The position numbers and the translations under genes were made by a program. A stretch of 64,000 nt of DNA from an uncultured Lachnospiraceae bacterium (GTDB lineage Bacteria > Bacillota > Clostridia > Lachnospirales > Lachnospiraceae): NCBI GenBank assembly GCA_902489645.1, contig CABUAW010000004.1, forward strand, positions 13,667 through 77,666, given 5' to 3'. The notes beneath the pieces are model-generated. The model was not told the origin of the DNA, did no database searches, and was given only the letters and a program-made list of their open reading frames with translations. Shown piece after piece: positions 48,961-59,846 of the stretch; within the stretch, counting starts at the first letter, position 1; every line of letters starts with the position of its first letter.

Positions 48961-51833
48961 AACCGTTGAAATTAATACTTTCTGCCTTTGGTTCTTATGG
49001 CGGGACAGAATGTGTGGATTTTGAAAAAATGGGACAGGGACTTTTTCTGATTACGGGCGATACGGGTGCGGGAAAAACGACGATTTTCGACGGTATTTCC
49101 TATGCACTGTACGGACAGACAAGCGGACGGCGCAGAGAAGGCGATATGATGCGCAGCCAATATGCTTCGGATACGGATGAAACCTATGTGGAATTTACTT
49201 TTAGTGAGATGGGCAAGTCCTACACGATTCGGCGGAATCCGACATGGTTTCGAAGAAGCCGGAGAAAAAATAAAGCCGGGGAATATGCCCTGACAAAAGA
49301 GAGTGCGAAGGTGGAATTGACGCTGCCTGACGGGAAGGTTTTTCCGGGAAAGATGAAGGAAACCGACCAGAAAATTATAGAAATCATCGGTATGGACATG
49401 AACCAATTCGGACAGGTATCCATGATTTCCCAGGGGGATTTCATGAAACTGCTTCTGGCAAGCTCCAAAGAGAGAAAAGAAATTTTTTCTCAGATTTTTC
49501 CGACAAGAATATACTGGCAGATTCAAAACAGTCTGGCCGAGCAGGAAAAGGAAGGCTATGGCCAGTTGGAGGATGTAAGAAAAGTTTGCCGGCATGAAAT
49601 TGAAAATGTCCGGTGCCTGCCTGAAAGTCAGTATATTGGGGAATGGGAAGAAAAGGGCTGCTTTTCAGACATAGATAACAGCGCTTTAATGGCCCTGCTG
49701 GAAGCGATGAACCAGGAGGCGAAACAGCGGGAGGAATCGCTTCGAAAGTCTTTGGAAGGCTTGGAAAAGCTTTTGGCGGCTGAACAGAAATTTCGGGAAA
49801 GGGAAGCGCAGGGCCAACGTGTTTTCGAAGAGACACAACGGTTGGAGAGTGAGCTGCCGCAAATTCACACGAATGTTGAGGCGGCCGGAGAAGCGTTGGA
49901 GAAGGTACGCTTCCGTTATGAAAGGGAGTGGCCGGAGAAACAGGAACAATGGCTGATTTTGAAACGGGAGATGCCGGCCTATGATAAACTGGCTCAGGAG
50001 GAAGCCGCTCTGAAACGGCTTGAAAAAATGCTGCAGGCTTGTATAGCTGAAGCGGCGCGTACAGAGAAAAAGGAAACGGAGGCTAAACGGCTTTGGGAGG
50101 AACTTGAGAAAGCGCAGGAGCGTTTGAAGGACAGCGGCGTCCGTCGGAGTCAGGCGGAGCAAAAGCTGAAAGAGTGTCATGATAATATGACCATACTTAA
50201 ACGGCTTTGGGATAAGAAACCTTTGTGGGAAAAATTTATCGCGGAGGATGAAGCGGCAAAAAAGGCAGCGGCGGAAAGCGTATCTTTTTATCAGCAAATG
50301 TCCCAGCGTCATGATTTGCTCTATGAGCAGTTCATTGCAGCTCAGGCAGGATTTATGGCGCAGCAGCTTTCGGAAGGCGAGCCGTGTCCGGTCTGCGGCG
50401 CCCTGCATCATCCGGCCCTCTGCAAAGAGGGCGGGTTCTTGGAAAATAAGGACAGGAATCCGGAGGAAAATACAGAAAAAATCGTTGAACGCAGTATGGT
50501 TGACACTGCAAAAAAGGACAGGGAAATGGCGGAAAGGGCCGTGGAAAAAGCACGGTTAAAATGTCAAAAACTGTCGGAGAAGGGCGCTGCATTAAAAAGT
50601 GAAATTCTTCATGACGCCAGAGATTTGATGGAAAAGCCGGAAGAAATATTTGGAAGCGGCAGTTTTTGGGAAAGGGTATTTTCTCTGGGACGTGATAGTC
50701 AGCAGGCCTTATTGGAGGCCAGACAGCAGTGGCAGAAGATAAAAAAGGAGAGCGAATGTTTCGAGGAAAATTCCGGGAAATTAAAAGAATTAGAAAAAGA
50801 CCGGGAATTGCTGCGCACAGAGCATATAAAGCTTGTACAGGAGAAGGCCGCTCTGTCCGCTGAGAAGAAAAGCCGGAGCGAAGGATTGGAGACAATGAAA
50901 TCGAACATGAGCTTTGTTTCGAAAGAGGAAGCGGAGAAACATTTATCCGGCTTGAAAATAGAATTGGAAGCGTTAAAAAAGGCTTTGGAAAAAGCAGAGG
51001 CGGACTTGAAGTGCTGGACTGAAAAATTACAGCTTAAACAGGGACAGCTTGGTGAACGGCAGCAGATGGCCCGGCAGGCGGAAGCCGAAGCGTCGGAGGC
51101 GAAAAAGAAATACGGGATGCTTTTAGAAAAATCCGGCTGGCCGGAAGCTGTCAAACGCCCGGAACTGGAAGCAAAGCGGGAAAAGCTGGCCAGGGAAGAA
51201 AAAAATGTCTATGCCATCCGGCAAACCAATGAAAAAATATATGAGCGGCTTGAGCGGATGCTTCGGGATTATGGCGGCGCGCGGGAAACCTATGCCAGAC
51301 TGCGTCAGTTGAGCCGGATTGCCAATGGACAGATGGCCGGAATGGCCCGGATTGATTTTCAGACATACATGCAGCGGCGTTATTTTCAGCAAATGGTTTA
51401 TGCGGCCAACCGGCGTCTGGCCGGGATGAGCGGCCATCAGTTTTTGTTAGAGTGCCGGGAATTGGAAAATCTCGGACGGCAGGGGGAGGCCGGTCTGGAT
51501 TTGGACGTCTATAGCCTGGTCAATGACAATATCCGCGACGTTAAAACCCTTTCCGGCGGAGAATCCTTTATGGCCGCACTGGCGCTGGCTCTTGGAATGG
51601 CGGACGTTATTCAGCAGGAGGCCGGGAAAATCCATGTGGATACATTGTTTATCGATGAAGGCTTTGGCAGTCTGGATGAAAATGCCCGGAATCAGGCGAT
51701 ACGTATTTTAAATGAACTGGCCGGAACGGACCGGCTGGTGGGCATTATTTCCCATGTCAGCGAATTAAAAGAGCAGATTGAACAAAAGATTATCGTCGTA
51801 AAGGATGATAAGGGAAGCCATCTGAAAACTTAG
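48957..51833 (+). CDS. sbcC: SbcC/Rad50 SMC-like ATPase
   Basis: GDTGAGKT, CPVC zinc hook, LSGGE, IDEGFG. Confidence 0.93.
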   Translation: MKPLKLILSAFGSYGGTECVDFEKMGQGLFLITGDTGAGKTTIFDGISYALYGQTSGRRREGDMMRSQYASDTDETYVEFTFSEMGKSYTIRRNPTWFRRSRRKNKAGEYALTKESAKVELTLPDGKVFPGKMKETDQKIIEIIGMDMNQFGQVSMISQGDFMKLLLASSKERKEIFSQIFPTRIYWQIQNSLAEQEKEGYGQLEDVRKVCRHEIENVRCLPESQYIGEWEEKGCFSDIDNSALMALLEAMNQEAKQREESLRKSLEGLEKLLAAEQKFREREAQGQRVFEETQRLESELPQIHTNVEAAGEALEKVRFRYEREWPEKQEQWLILKREMPAYDKLAQEEAALKRLEKMLQACIAEAARTEKKETEAKRLWEELEKAQERLKDSGVRRSQAEQKLKECHDNMTILKRLWDKKPLWEKFIAEDEAAKKAAAESVSFYQQMSQRHDLLYEQFIAAQAGFMAQQLSEGEPCPVCGALHHPALCKEGGFLENKDRNPEENTEKIVERSMVDTAKKDREMAERAVEKARLKCQKLSEKGAALKSEILHDARDLMEKPEEIFGSGSFWERVFSLGRDSQQALLEARQQWQKIKKESECFEENSGKLKELEKDRELLRTEHIKLVQEKAALSAEKKSRSEGLETMKSNMSFVSKEEAEKHLSGLKIELEALKKALEKAEADLKCWTEKLQLKQGQLGERQQMARQAEAEASEAKKKYGMLLEKSGWPEAVKRPELEAKREKLAREEKNVYAIRQTNEKIYERLERMLRDYGGARETYARLRQLSRIANGQMAGMARIDFQTYMQRRYFQQMVYAANRRLAGMSGHQFLLECRELENLGRQGEAGLDLDVYSLVNDNIRDVKTLSGGESFMAALALALGMADVIQQEAGKIHVDTLFIDEGFGSLDENARNQAIRILNELAGTDRLVGIISHVSELKEQIEQKIIVVKDDKGSHLKT

Positions 51834-51919
51834 TTCTTATTGCCAATTGAACAAAAATCCTATATAATAGTAAAAATATCTGAAAAATATTTGAATAAAG
51901 GAACGAAAGAGGTTATCGG

Positions 51920-52321
51920 ATGAAGGAATTATTATCCAAATATAAAGAAATCATCGCGTATTTGTTTTTCGGTGTATTGACGACGATAGTCAATATTGTC
52001 GTTTACTTTGTCTGCACCAGCGTGCTGGGCCTGAATTACCTGGTGGCCAACGCCATTTCATGGGTTGTGTCGGTGGCCTTTGCCTATGTGACAAACCGGA
52101 CATGGGTATTCCAAAGCAAGGTCAAAGGCTTTTCGGCCATCGTGAGGGAAATGACGGCGTTTGTCGGCTGCCGTCTTCTTTCCGGGGCGATGGATATGGC
52201 CATTATGTTTGTCAGCGTGGATGTGATTGGTATTCCGGACAGCGTGGCCAAATTTATTACCCAGGTGGCGGTTGTCGTACTGAATTACCTTTTCAGCAAA
52301 CTGATTATCTTCCGAAAATAA
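51920..52321 (+). CDS. GtrA-family membrane protein
   Basis: YLFFGVLTT..FAYVTNRTWVF..LNYLFSK. Confidence 0.88.
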   Translation: MKELLSKYKEIIAYLFFGVLTTIVNIVVYFVCTSVLGLNYLVANAISWVVSVAFAYVTNRTWVFQSKVKGFSAIVREMTAFVGCRLLSGAMDMAIMFVSVDVIGIPDSVAKFITQVAVVVLNYLFSKLIIFRK

Positions 52322-52322
52322 T

Positions 52323-52375
52323 TCACAATTGAATCACAATTGAATCACAATCCAGTCACAAATGGTTGTTACAAT
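52323..52375 (+). promoter_or_regulatory. Four TCACAA direct repeats with 11 bp period upstream of the htrA -10 element
   Basis: Copies at 52323, 52334, 52345 and 52356, then TG-T-TACAAT. Confidence 0.65.
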
Positions 52376-52410
52376 GACATCATCAAATGAAACAGAACGG
52401 AGGAAACACT

Positions 52411-53745
52411 ATGAGTGATTTTTATAATTACCATGAAGACAATCAGGAACGTCCGGGACAGTCAGGAAATGATTATAATTATTATCGGCAGACATCGGAT
52501 GATGCAAGAAGAACGTATTCTCCTTATGATACACCGAAACCGAACAGACCTGAAAAGAAAAAAGGAAACTTTGGCGTAAAACTGGTGAAAGCCGTGTGCC
52601 TGGGACTGGCCTTTGGTCTGGTGGCCGGCGGTGTGTTCTGGGGCATTGGCGGCGTATTGGGTATAACAACCGGCAAGAGTGAAACAGTGACTGCCGGCAT
52701 GAATGTGAATATTGTGAAAACATCTTCAACGGATGTAAAAACAATCAGTGCAACCGACGTATCGGATATCGTTGAACAGTGTATGCCGTCGATTGTTGCG
52801 GTAAATACCCAGGTTGTGACGACCAGCAGCTTTTTCGGGCAGGTGTATTCCCAGGAAGGCAGCGGAGCCGGCTCGGGTATTATTATAAGCGAGGCTGACG
52901 GAACACTTTATATTATGACAAACTATCATGTGATTGAAGATTCCACCAGCATTAATGTAACCTTTAATGACGGAAGTACGGCTCAAGCCGAGATTAAGGG
53001 ATACGATGAGACTGCGGATATTGCGGTAATTACCGTCGATTATGCGTCTCTTAGTGAAGATACAAAATCCAATATTGCGGCAGCCGTTATGGGCGATTCG
53101 GATGCGTTAAAGATTGGAAACGGAGCCATTGCCATCGGTAATGCCCTTGGATATGGCCAATCCGTGACAACCGGTTCCATCAGCGCCGTAGACAGAGAAG
53201 TTGAAATGACAGACGGTACGATGACACTCATTCAGACCGATGCGGCTATCAACCCGGGAAACAGCGGCGGCGCCCTTCTGAATACAAAAGGCGAGGTTAT
53301 TGGTGTGAATACGGTGAAATATTCCAATACCGACGTTGAAGGTATGGGATTTGCCATTCCGATTAATTCCGCACTGGAAACCGCCCAGGGAATCATCGAC
53401 GGAACAATCGTTACAAAGACTGATGAAAATACCGCATATCTTGGTATTTCCGGCGGTACATTGACGGAAGAAGAAGCGTCTAAATACGGATATCCGGCAG
53501 GAATTTATGTCAGTATGGTGACCAGAGGCTCGGCCGCCGAGCGGGCCGGACTCCAGCAGGGGGATATTATTACCGGATTTAACGGCGAGACTATCTCTAC
53601 TATGGAAGAACTTCAGGAAAGACTGAAAGACTGCTTGCCGGGAGACCAGGTGACACTGACTGTACAGCGTCAGACTGGACGCGGCTCCTTTACGGAGAGT
53701 GAATTATCGACCATTCTGGGTTCAAAGGCAGATGTGGAAGGCTAA
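52411..53745 (+). CDS. htrA: HtrA/DegP-family serine protease (TM, trypsin, PDZ)
   Basis: TNYHV, DIAV, QTDAAINPGNSGG and PDZ domain. Confidence 0.93.
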   Translation: MSDFYNYHEDNQERPGQSGNDYNYYRQTSDDARRTYSPYDTPKPNRPEKKKGNFGVKLVKAVCLGLAFGLVAGGVFWGIGGVLGITTGKSETVTAGMNVNIVKTSSTDVKTISATDVSDIVEQCMPSIVAVNTQVVTTSSFFGQVYSQEGSGAGSGIIISEADGTLYIMTNYHVIEDSTSINVTFNDGSTAQAEIKGYDETADIAVITVDYASLSEDTKSNIAAAVMGDSDALKIGNGAIAIGNALGYGQSVTTGSISAVDREVEMTDGTMTLIQTDAAINPGNSGGALLNTKGEVIGVNTVKYSNTDVEGMGFAIPINSALETAQGIIDGTIVTKTDENTAYLGISGGTLTEEEASKYGYPAGIYVSMVTRGSAAERAGLQQGDIITGFNGETISTMEELQERLKDCLPGDQVTLTVQRQTGRGSFTESELSTILGSKADVEG

Positions 53746-53817
53746 CATAAAAAAATAGAAAAAAGTTATATCAGGGAAAGCGGATTGCCGGACGGGCATG
53801 CGCTTTCCCTTCTGCGC

Positions 53818-54077
53818 TATACAGTGAACACTTGGCGAGGTATTTTCGAGCCTAGTGAGAACGCATACCTGGAAACTTAGCGAGGTATTTTCGAGCTTAG
53901 TTGACATGGTATACAGTGAACACTTGGCGATGCTTGAGTACTTGGCGAGGTATTTTCACGAGTCTAGTACGAAAGTACACAGAGTAGGTATTTTCGAGCC
54001 TAGTGAGAACGCATACCTGGAAACTTAGCGAGGTATTTTCGAGCTTAGTTGACATGGTATACAGTGAACACTTGGCG
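53818..54077. repeat. REP/BIME-like cluster of ~27 bp imperfect palindromes, including an exact 92 bp direct repeat
   Basis: ACTT(G/A)GCGAGGTATTTTCGAGC(C/T)TAGT units at 53830, 53875, 53940 (variant), 53986 (partial) and 54023; 53838-53929 equals 53986-54077. Confidence 0.85.
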
Positions 54078-54104
54078 GCGCATGGAGTATTTGGGAGGAA
54101 CGCT

Positions 54105-55532
54105 ATGAAAGATTATGAGGAAGAATTGAAAGATACAAAAGACGGCAGCGGCAAAAATGAAAATAAAGAGGATTATGAGGATATTTGTTATATTTGCCGC
54201 CGGCCGGAGAGCAAGGTGGGGAAACTCATTCACCTGCCGATGGAGGGCATCTGCATCTGTCCGGATTGCATGCAGAGAAGTTTCACGGCTATGAGTAATA
54301 CAAATATTAATTATGAGGACTTGATGCGGAATATGAATTTGCAGGATATGTTTCCGGGAAATATTCAGGACGGTATTCCGAAAAGCCAGCGGTTAAAGAA
54401 AAAGAAGCCGAAGGATAAAAATGAACCGGCCATTGATTTGAAGCAGATTTTACCGCCGCATCAGATTAAGGCCCGGCTGGATGATTATGTGATTGGGCAG
54501 GATTATGCGAAGAAGGTCATGTCCGTTGCGGTATATAACCACTATAAGCGGGTGGCAACCAACACGATGGATGAAATAGAGATTGAAAAGTCAAATATGT
54601 TGATGATTGGACCGACAGGCTGCGGAAAAACGTACCTGGTGCGGACGCTGGCACGACTTTTGGATGTGCCGCTGGCCATTGCCGATGCGACGTCGCTTAC
54701 GGAAGCCGGCTATATCGGCGACGATATTGAGAGCGTGGTCTCCAAGCTTTTGGCGGCGGCAGATAATGACGTGGAAAAAGCGGAGCGGGGGATTATCTTT
54801 ATTGATGAAATTGATAAGATTGCCAAAAAGAAAAATACGACGAGCCGTGATGTCAGCGGCGAGTCGGTGCAGCAGGGACTTTTAAAATTGCTTGAAGGAA
54901 GCGATGTGGAGGTCCCGGTCGGAGCCAGCAGTAAAAATGCCATGGTGCCATTGACAACGGTGAATACAAGAAATATTCTGTTTATTTGCGGCGGCGCCTT
55001 TCCGGATTTGGAGGGAATCATTAAAGCGCGGTTAAATAAAACAAGCGGTATCGGTTTTGGGGCGGCGCTGAATGATGCCCATGACCAGGACCCGGATATA
55101 ATGAGCCGGGTCACTATCGACGATTTGCGTGAATTCGGTATGATTCCTGAATTTATCGGCCGTCTTCCGGTTATTTTCACTTTGAAGGGACTGGATGAAG
55201 AAGCCCTTGTAAAGATTCTTAAAGAGCCGAAAAATGCCATTATCAAGCAATATCAGAAATTACTGGCTCTGGATGAGGTGGATTTGCAATTTGATGACGG
55301 GGCACTTGAAGCCATTGCCAAACGGGCCATCGAGAAAAAAACGGGAGCCAGAGCGCTGCGCTCTATTATAGAGGAACTTATGCTGGATATCATGTATCAG
55401 ATTCCAAAGGACGACAATATTGGCCGGGTAACGATTACCCAGCCGTATGTGGAGCATACGGGCGGTCCCCTCATTGAAATGCGTGGGGTTTTCAGTCTGC
55501 CGAATAAAACACCGGCGGTGGGCATAGAATAG
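54105..55532 (+). CDS. clpX: ATP-dependent Clp protease ATP-binding subunit ClpX
   Basis: C4 zinc finger, GPTGCGKT, LTEAGYIG, IDEIDK, IGF loop; GGGAGG RBS before ATG 54105. Confidence 0.94.
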   Translation: MKDYEEELKDTKDGSGKNENKEDYEDICYICRRPESKVGKLIHLPMEGICICPDCMQRSFTAMSNTNINYEDLMRNMNLQDMFPGNIQDGIPKSQRLKKKKPKDKNEPAIDLKQILPPHQIKARLDDYVIGQDYAKKVMSVAVYNHYKRVATNTMDEIEIEKSNMLMIGPTGCGKTYLVRTLARLLDVPLAIADATSLTEAGYIGDDIESVVSKLLAAADNDVEKAERGIIFIDEIDKIAKKKNTTSRDVSGESVQQGLLKLLEGSDVEVPVGASSKNAMVPLTTVNTRNILFICGGAFPDLEGIIKARLNKTSGIGFGAALNDAHDQDPDIMSRVTIDDLREFGMIPEFIGRLPVIFTLKGLDEEALVKILKEPKNAIIKQYQKLLALDEVDLQFDDGALEAIAKRAIEKKTGARALRSIIEELMLDIMYQIPKDDNIGRVTITQPYVEHTGGPLIEMRGVFSLPNKTPAVGIE

Positions 55533-55559
55533 ACTGATATGAGCCCAGGAGTGATTTGA

Positions 55560-57278
55560 TTGGCTTTGACGGAGGAGCAATTGCGCTGCCGAGACATTAT
55601 TCTGTCGCAGGATTATGCAGATTTTATCGTCGAATATGGCGGAAATGTGGACGTCATGGTAAATACCTATAATCCATCCTGCTATGAGGTAATCAACAGT
55701 AATTTTGCGGTCATTCATAAACCGCTTCCTGAAAACGGACAGATGAACCCGGATGAGTACGGATATAACATGATTCCTGCCGTGATGGGACTGATGGATA
55801 CGACAAGTATGGAGCAGAGCGGCATTTTACCGGTGCATTATAGTCCGGGTCCCGGCTATCGGGGTCGCGGAGTGATGGTGAGTATTATTGATACGGGGAT
55901 TGACTATACGCATCCGGCCTTTCGGTTCTCCAACGGTTCCACCCGGATTTTAGCCTTATGGGACCAGACAATTGTGTCAGAAAATGTGCCGGAGCAATTT
56001 CCTTATGGGACCCTGTATACAAGTGATGATATAAATCGGGCGCTGATGTCGGAGAATCCCTTTGAAACGGTTCCCTCCCGGGATGATGAAGGTCACGGGA
56101 CTTTTATGGCCGGAATTATTTCAGGCAGCGAGGACGTGGAAAACGGTTTTATCGGTGCGGCGCCGGAGTCTTCGATTATTGGAATTAAATTAAAACCGGC
56201 CAAAAATTATTTAAGAGATTATTATGTATTAAAAGAAGCGTCTGTCGCTTTTCAGGAAACGGATATTTTTATGGCGGTTCAATTTTCTTTGAGCCAGGCG
56301 GTCAAATACCAGATGCCGCTGGTCATCTGCCTGGGAATAGGAAATAGCCTGGACAGCCACGAAGGGACCTCAAGTCTCAGCCAATATCTAAATAGTGTTA
56401 ATAATCTGACCGGCGTCTGCGTCACGGTGGCCGCCGGAAATGAATTGGGGCGGGCGCATCATTATTCAGGCTTTATTCCCGGAAAGGATGACAGCCAAAA
56501 TGTGGAACTTCGGGTAGGCGAAAATGAACGGGGATTTCAGATGGAAATATGGGGCTCCCTTGCCGATGTTTTTTCCGTGGAGATTGTTTCGCCGGAAGGC
56601 GAGCGGATTGCCAGAAGCCAGTCCAGACTCGGGGTATCCCAGAGGGTGCGGCTTTTATTTGAAGAAACAGAAATTTATATTGCCGATAAATCCGTGGGGC
56701 TTACAAGCGGACAGTTCCTTATGGTTCTGCAGTTTCGAAATCCAACGCCGGGCATATGGTCCCTGAAGGTGTACGGCGACCGGATTTTAGACGGACGGTT
56801 TGACATATGGCTTCCGATGGAAAAATTTATCCGGGAGGATACTTATTTTTTAAGCCCGGACCCGGAGATAACTTTGTCGTCCGTGGCCACGACCAGCTCT
56901 CTGGTGGTGGCGGCCAACTATAATCATTATAATGACAGTCTCTATATCCATTCCAGCCGGGGGTATACGGCTTCCGGATTTATCAAACCGGATATTGCGG
57001 CGCCGGGTGTAAATGTTTTTGGCCCGCTTCCCGGAGGGCGCTATGGCCAGATGACGGGTTCCAGTGTTTCGGCCGCCCATGCGGCGGGAGCGGCTGCGCT
57101 TTTGATGGAATGGGGACTCCTTCATGTGATTATCGTTAATATGGACGGGAATGATATCCGGCGTCTTTTGATTCAGGGGGCCGTTCAAAAGGGCAGCGAT
57201 ACCTTTCCGAATCGGGGATGGGGATATGGCGCAATGAATTTGAAAAATACCTTTGAAACTTTACGTGTTCTGCGGTAG
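55560..57278 (+). CDS. Subtilisin-like S8 protease of the Csp germination-protease type
   Basis: IIDTGIDY, HGTFMAG, AAGNE, KPDIAAPG, MTGSS. Confidence 0.85.
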   Translation: MALTEEQLRCRDIILSQDYADFIVEYGGNVDVMVNTYNPSCYEVINSNFAVIHKPLPENGQMNPDEYGYNMIPAVMGLMDTTSMEQSGILPVHYSPGPGYRGRGVMVSIIDTGIDYTHPAFRFSNGSTRILALWDQTIVSENVPEQFPYGTLYTSDDINRALMSENPFETVPSRDDEGHGTFMAGIISGSEDVENGFIGAAPESSIIGIKLKPAKNYLRDYYVLKEASVAFQETDIFMAVQFSLSQAVKYQMPLVICLGIGNSLDSHEGTSSLSQYLNSVNNLTGVCVTVAAGNELGRAHHYSGFIPGKDDSQNVELRVGENERGFQMEIWGSLADVFSVEIVSPEGERIARSQSRLGVSQRVRLLFEETEIYIADKSVGLTSGQFLMVLQFRNPTPGIWSLKVYGDRILDGRFDIWLPMEKFIREDTYFLSPDPEITLSSVATTSSLVVAANYNHYNDSLYIHSSRGYTASGFIKPDIAAPGVNVFGPLPGGRYGQMTGSSVSAAHAAGAAALLMEWGLLHVIIVNMDGNDIRRLLIQGAVQKGSDTFPNRGWGYGAMNLKNTFETLRVLR

Positions 57279-57305
57279 AATAGAAGAAAAAAAGGAGGTA
57301 CACTG

Positions 57306-57848
57306 ATGGCATTTATTGATGATTTAAAACAGGGTCTTAGTGATGTAACAAAAACAGTTTATGAAAAATCCGAACAGTTTGTAGGTATTCAGAAATTACG
57401 TTTAAAGAAAAACTCTTTGAACAGTGAATTGAAAGCAACCTATGTTGAAATTGGCAAGATGGTTTACGAAGAGAAAAAAGCGGGTGGAGAATTTTCCGGT
57501 CCGGTTGTCCAGTTGTGCCAGAAAGTCGATATGGGTCTGGAAGCGATTCAGGAAGTGGAAGCACAGATTGAAGAAGCAAAAGCCAGAAATGAAGTTGAAG
57601 ATGATTTCGATGTAGACGATATTTTTGAAGATGAAGTTGAAGATGTTACCGACGCGGAAGCAGAGGCAGCAGAAGAAGCGGCCGAAGAAGCCACAGCGGA
57701 TGTCGCAGAGGCAGCAGAAGAAGCGGCCGAAGAAGCCACAGCGGATGTCGCAGAGGCTGCAGAAGCGGTTGCGGAGGCTGTAGCTGAGGTGGAGGAAGCG
57801 GCCGAAATCATTGCAGAGGATGAGGCTGCGAAAACGGAAGAAGCTTAA
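57306..57848 (+). CDS. Hypothetical coiled-coil protein with acidic Ala/Glu tandem-repeat tail
   Basis: AGGAGG RBS; exact 45 bp tandem duplication at 57660-57749. Confidence 0.75.
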   Translation: MAFIDDLKQGLSDVTKTVYEKSEQFVGIQKLRLKKNSLNSELKATYVEIGKMVYEEKKAGGEFSGPVVQLCQKVDMGLEAIQEVEAQIEEAKARNEVEDDFDVDDIFEDEVEDVTDAEAEAAEEAAEEATADVAEAAEEAAEEATADVAEAAEAVAEAVAEVEEAAEIIAEDEAAKTEEA

Positions 57849-57933
57849 AAATGTGAATATAAGTTCAAGAACTGGCACGCGTTTGCGTGCCAGTTTCTGT
57901 AAATCAGGAAATATTGGGAAAAGAGGAAGAACA

Positions 57934-59736
57934 GTGACAGTATTTGATGAGCGGATTGAAATATTGCGGGAAACGATGAAAGCCGAAAATATTGATTTTT
58001 ATTTCATACCGACAGCAGATGAGCATGCCTCCGAATATATCAGTGATTTTTATAAAGTCAGGAATTATTACGCCGGATTTACCGGCTCGGCCGGGAACCT
58101 GTTAATCGGTATGGATATGGCCGGGCTTTGGACGGACGGACGTTATTTTATCCAGGCGGAGAATCAGCTTGAGGGAAGCCGGGTTCAGTTGTTTCGGATG
58201 GGCAGCGCCGGAGTCCCGACGGTATTGGAATATTTAAAAGAGCATTTGCCAAAAGGCGGCACATTGGCCTTTGACGGGCGGGTTGTCGATTTGGCCCAGG
58301 GGCAGAGCTATGAAAAGATGGCGCTTGAGAAGCAGGGACGTATTTTGTGGAATCGTGATTTGGCCGGAGGTTTGTGGAAAGAACGGCCGGAACGTTTGAC
58401 AAAACCGGTATATGTGTTGGATGAAAAATATGCGGGAAAAGGCCGCAGACAGAAGCTTTCCGAGCTTCGCCGGTATATGGAGCAAAAAGGCGGAGACGAG
58501 GTTCTTCTTTCGTCTTTGGAGGATATTGCCTGGCTTATGAATCTGCGGGGAAATGATGTGAAGCATACCCCGGTTTTTCTCGCCTTTGCAAAGATTGGTA
58601 AAGCATCGGCAGAGCTTTATGCGGACAAAAAAGCATTTTCTGAAAAGGTGACGAATGATTTGGCGAAGGACGGCATTATTTTAAAACCTTATATGCAAAT
58701 TTATGATGATTTGAAAAAGCTTTCTGCGGAGAAACTCATCTATGACCCGGTGAAAGTCAATTATGCCCTGAGCCGGTGTGTGACGGAAAATGTTCGGGTG
58801 ATTTCCTCGGACGTCAACGAGATGATTCCAAAGTCCGTAAAAAATGAAACAGAGCTTGATAATCTGCGGCGGGTGCATATTAAAGATGGGGTGGCCGTGA
58901 CAAAATTTATGTATTGGCTGAAAACAAATGTGGGAAAGCATAGAATATCAGAAATCAGCGCTTCGGATTATCTGGAAAAACTCCGTTCCGGCATCGATAC
59001 TTATCTGGATTTGAGTTTTGATACGATTTCCGCCTATAAAGCGAATGCGGCAATGATGCATTACAGCGCCACACCGGAAACGGATGCGGTATTGGAGCCG
59101 TCCGGCATGCTTCTTGTAGATTCGGGTGGTCAATATTATGAAGGAACTACGGATATTACCCGAACTTTTGTCCTGGGGCCGGTTTCTGAGGAAGAGAAGA
59201 AGCATTTTACTTTAGTTGCAAAGTCTATGCTGAATCTGGCAAATGCGAAATTTCTTTATGGCTGTTCCGGATATACGCTGGACATCCTGGCCAGGGGACC
59301 GCTCTGGAATCTGGGGATTGACTACCAGTGCGGGACGGGCCACGGCGTCGGCTATCTTTTAAGCGTTCATGAGGGACCGAATGGTTTTCGGTGGAAACAG
59401 GTGCCGGGACGCAGAGATTTTGCCGTTCTGGAGGCCGGAATGGTGACAACGGATGAACCGGGAGTTTATATTGAGGGCAGCCATGGTATTCGTACGGAAA
59501 ATGAACTTATTTGTGTCCGGGATGAAAAAAATAATTATGGCCAGTTTATGCGGTTTGAGATGCTGACCTGGGCGCCTGTCGACCTGGATGGAATCGATAT
59601 CCGCTGGTTAAATCCGGAGGATGTGCGTCAGTTGGATACATATCATCGGATGGTCTATGAAAAAATCAGTCCTTATCTGGAACCGGAGGAGAGGGAATGG
59701 CTGCGTCAGTATACCCGGCCGTTAGGTGAATTATAG
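57934..59736 (+). CDS. Xaa-Pro aminopeptidase (M24B)
   Basis: [41 protein letters not shown]. Confidence 0.92.
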   Translation: MTVFDERIEILRETMKAENIDFYFIPTADEHASEYISDFYKVRNYYAGFTGSAGNLLIGMDMAGLWTDGRYFIQAENQLEGSRVQLFRMGSAGVPTVLEYLKEHLPKGGTLAFDGRVVDLAQGQSYEKMALEKQGRILWNRDLAGGLWKERPERLTKPVYVLDEKYAGKGRRQKLSELRRYMEQKGGDEVLLSSLEDIAWLMNLRGNDVKHTPVFLAFAKIGKASAELYADKKAFSEKVTNDLAKDGIILKPYMQIYDDLKKLSAEKLIYDPVKVNYALSRCVTENVRVISSDVNEMIPKSVKNETELDNLRRVHIKDGVAVTKFMYWLKTNVGKHRISEISASDYLEKLRSGIDTYLDLSFDTISAYKANAAMMHYSATPETDAVLEPSGMLLVDSGGQYYEGTTDITRTFVLGPVSEEEKKHFTLVAKSMLNLANAKFLYGCSGYTLDILARGPLWNLGIDYQCGTGHGVGYLLSVHEGPNGFRWKQVPGRRDFAVLEAGMVTTDEPGVYIEGSHGIRTENELICVRDEKNNYGQFMRFEMLTWAPVDLDGIDIRWLNPEDVRQLDTYHRMVYEKISPYLEPEEREWLRQYTRPLGEL

Positions 59737-59846
59737 AAATTTTCAAAAGTGAACCGGATAGACAATTGGTTCTATTTATGTTATTATCTATGGTGAAATA
59801 TGCATTTAAAAAAATTTATTATAAGAAATTCAGGAGGGAAAAATCA

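Noticed and set aside
53818..54077. CRISPR array
   Set aside because: Linkers are short (~18-20 bp) and reused, units are irregular or truncated, and no cas genes are in the window.
54003..54104. N-terminal extension of ClpX in the ORF track
   Set aside because: It is translated repeat DNA; the RBS supports ATG 54105.
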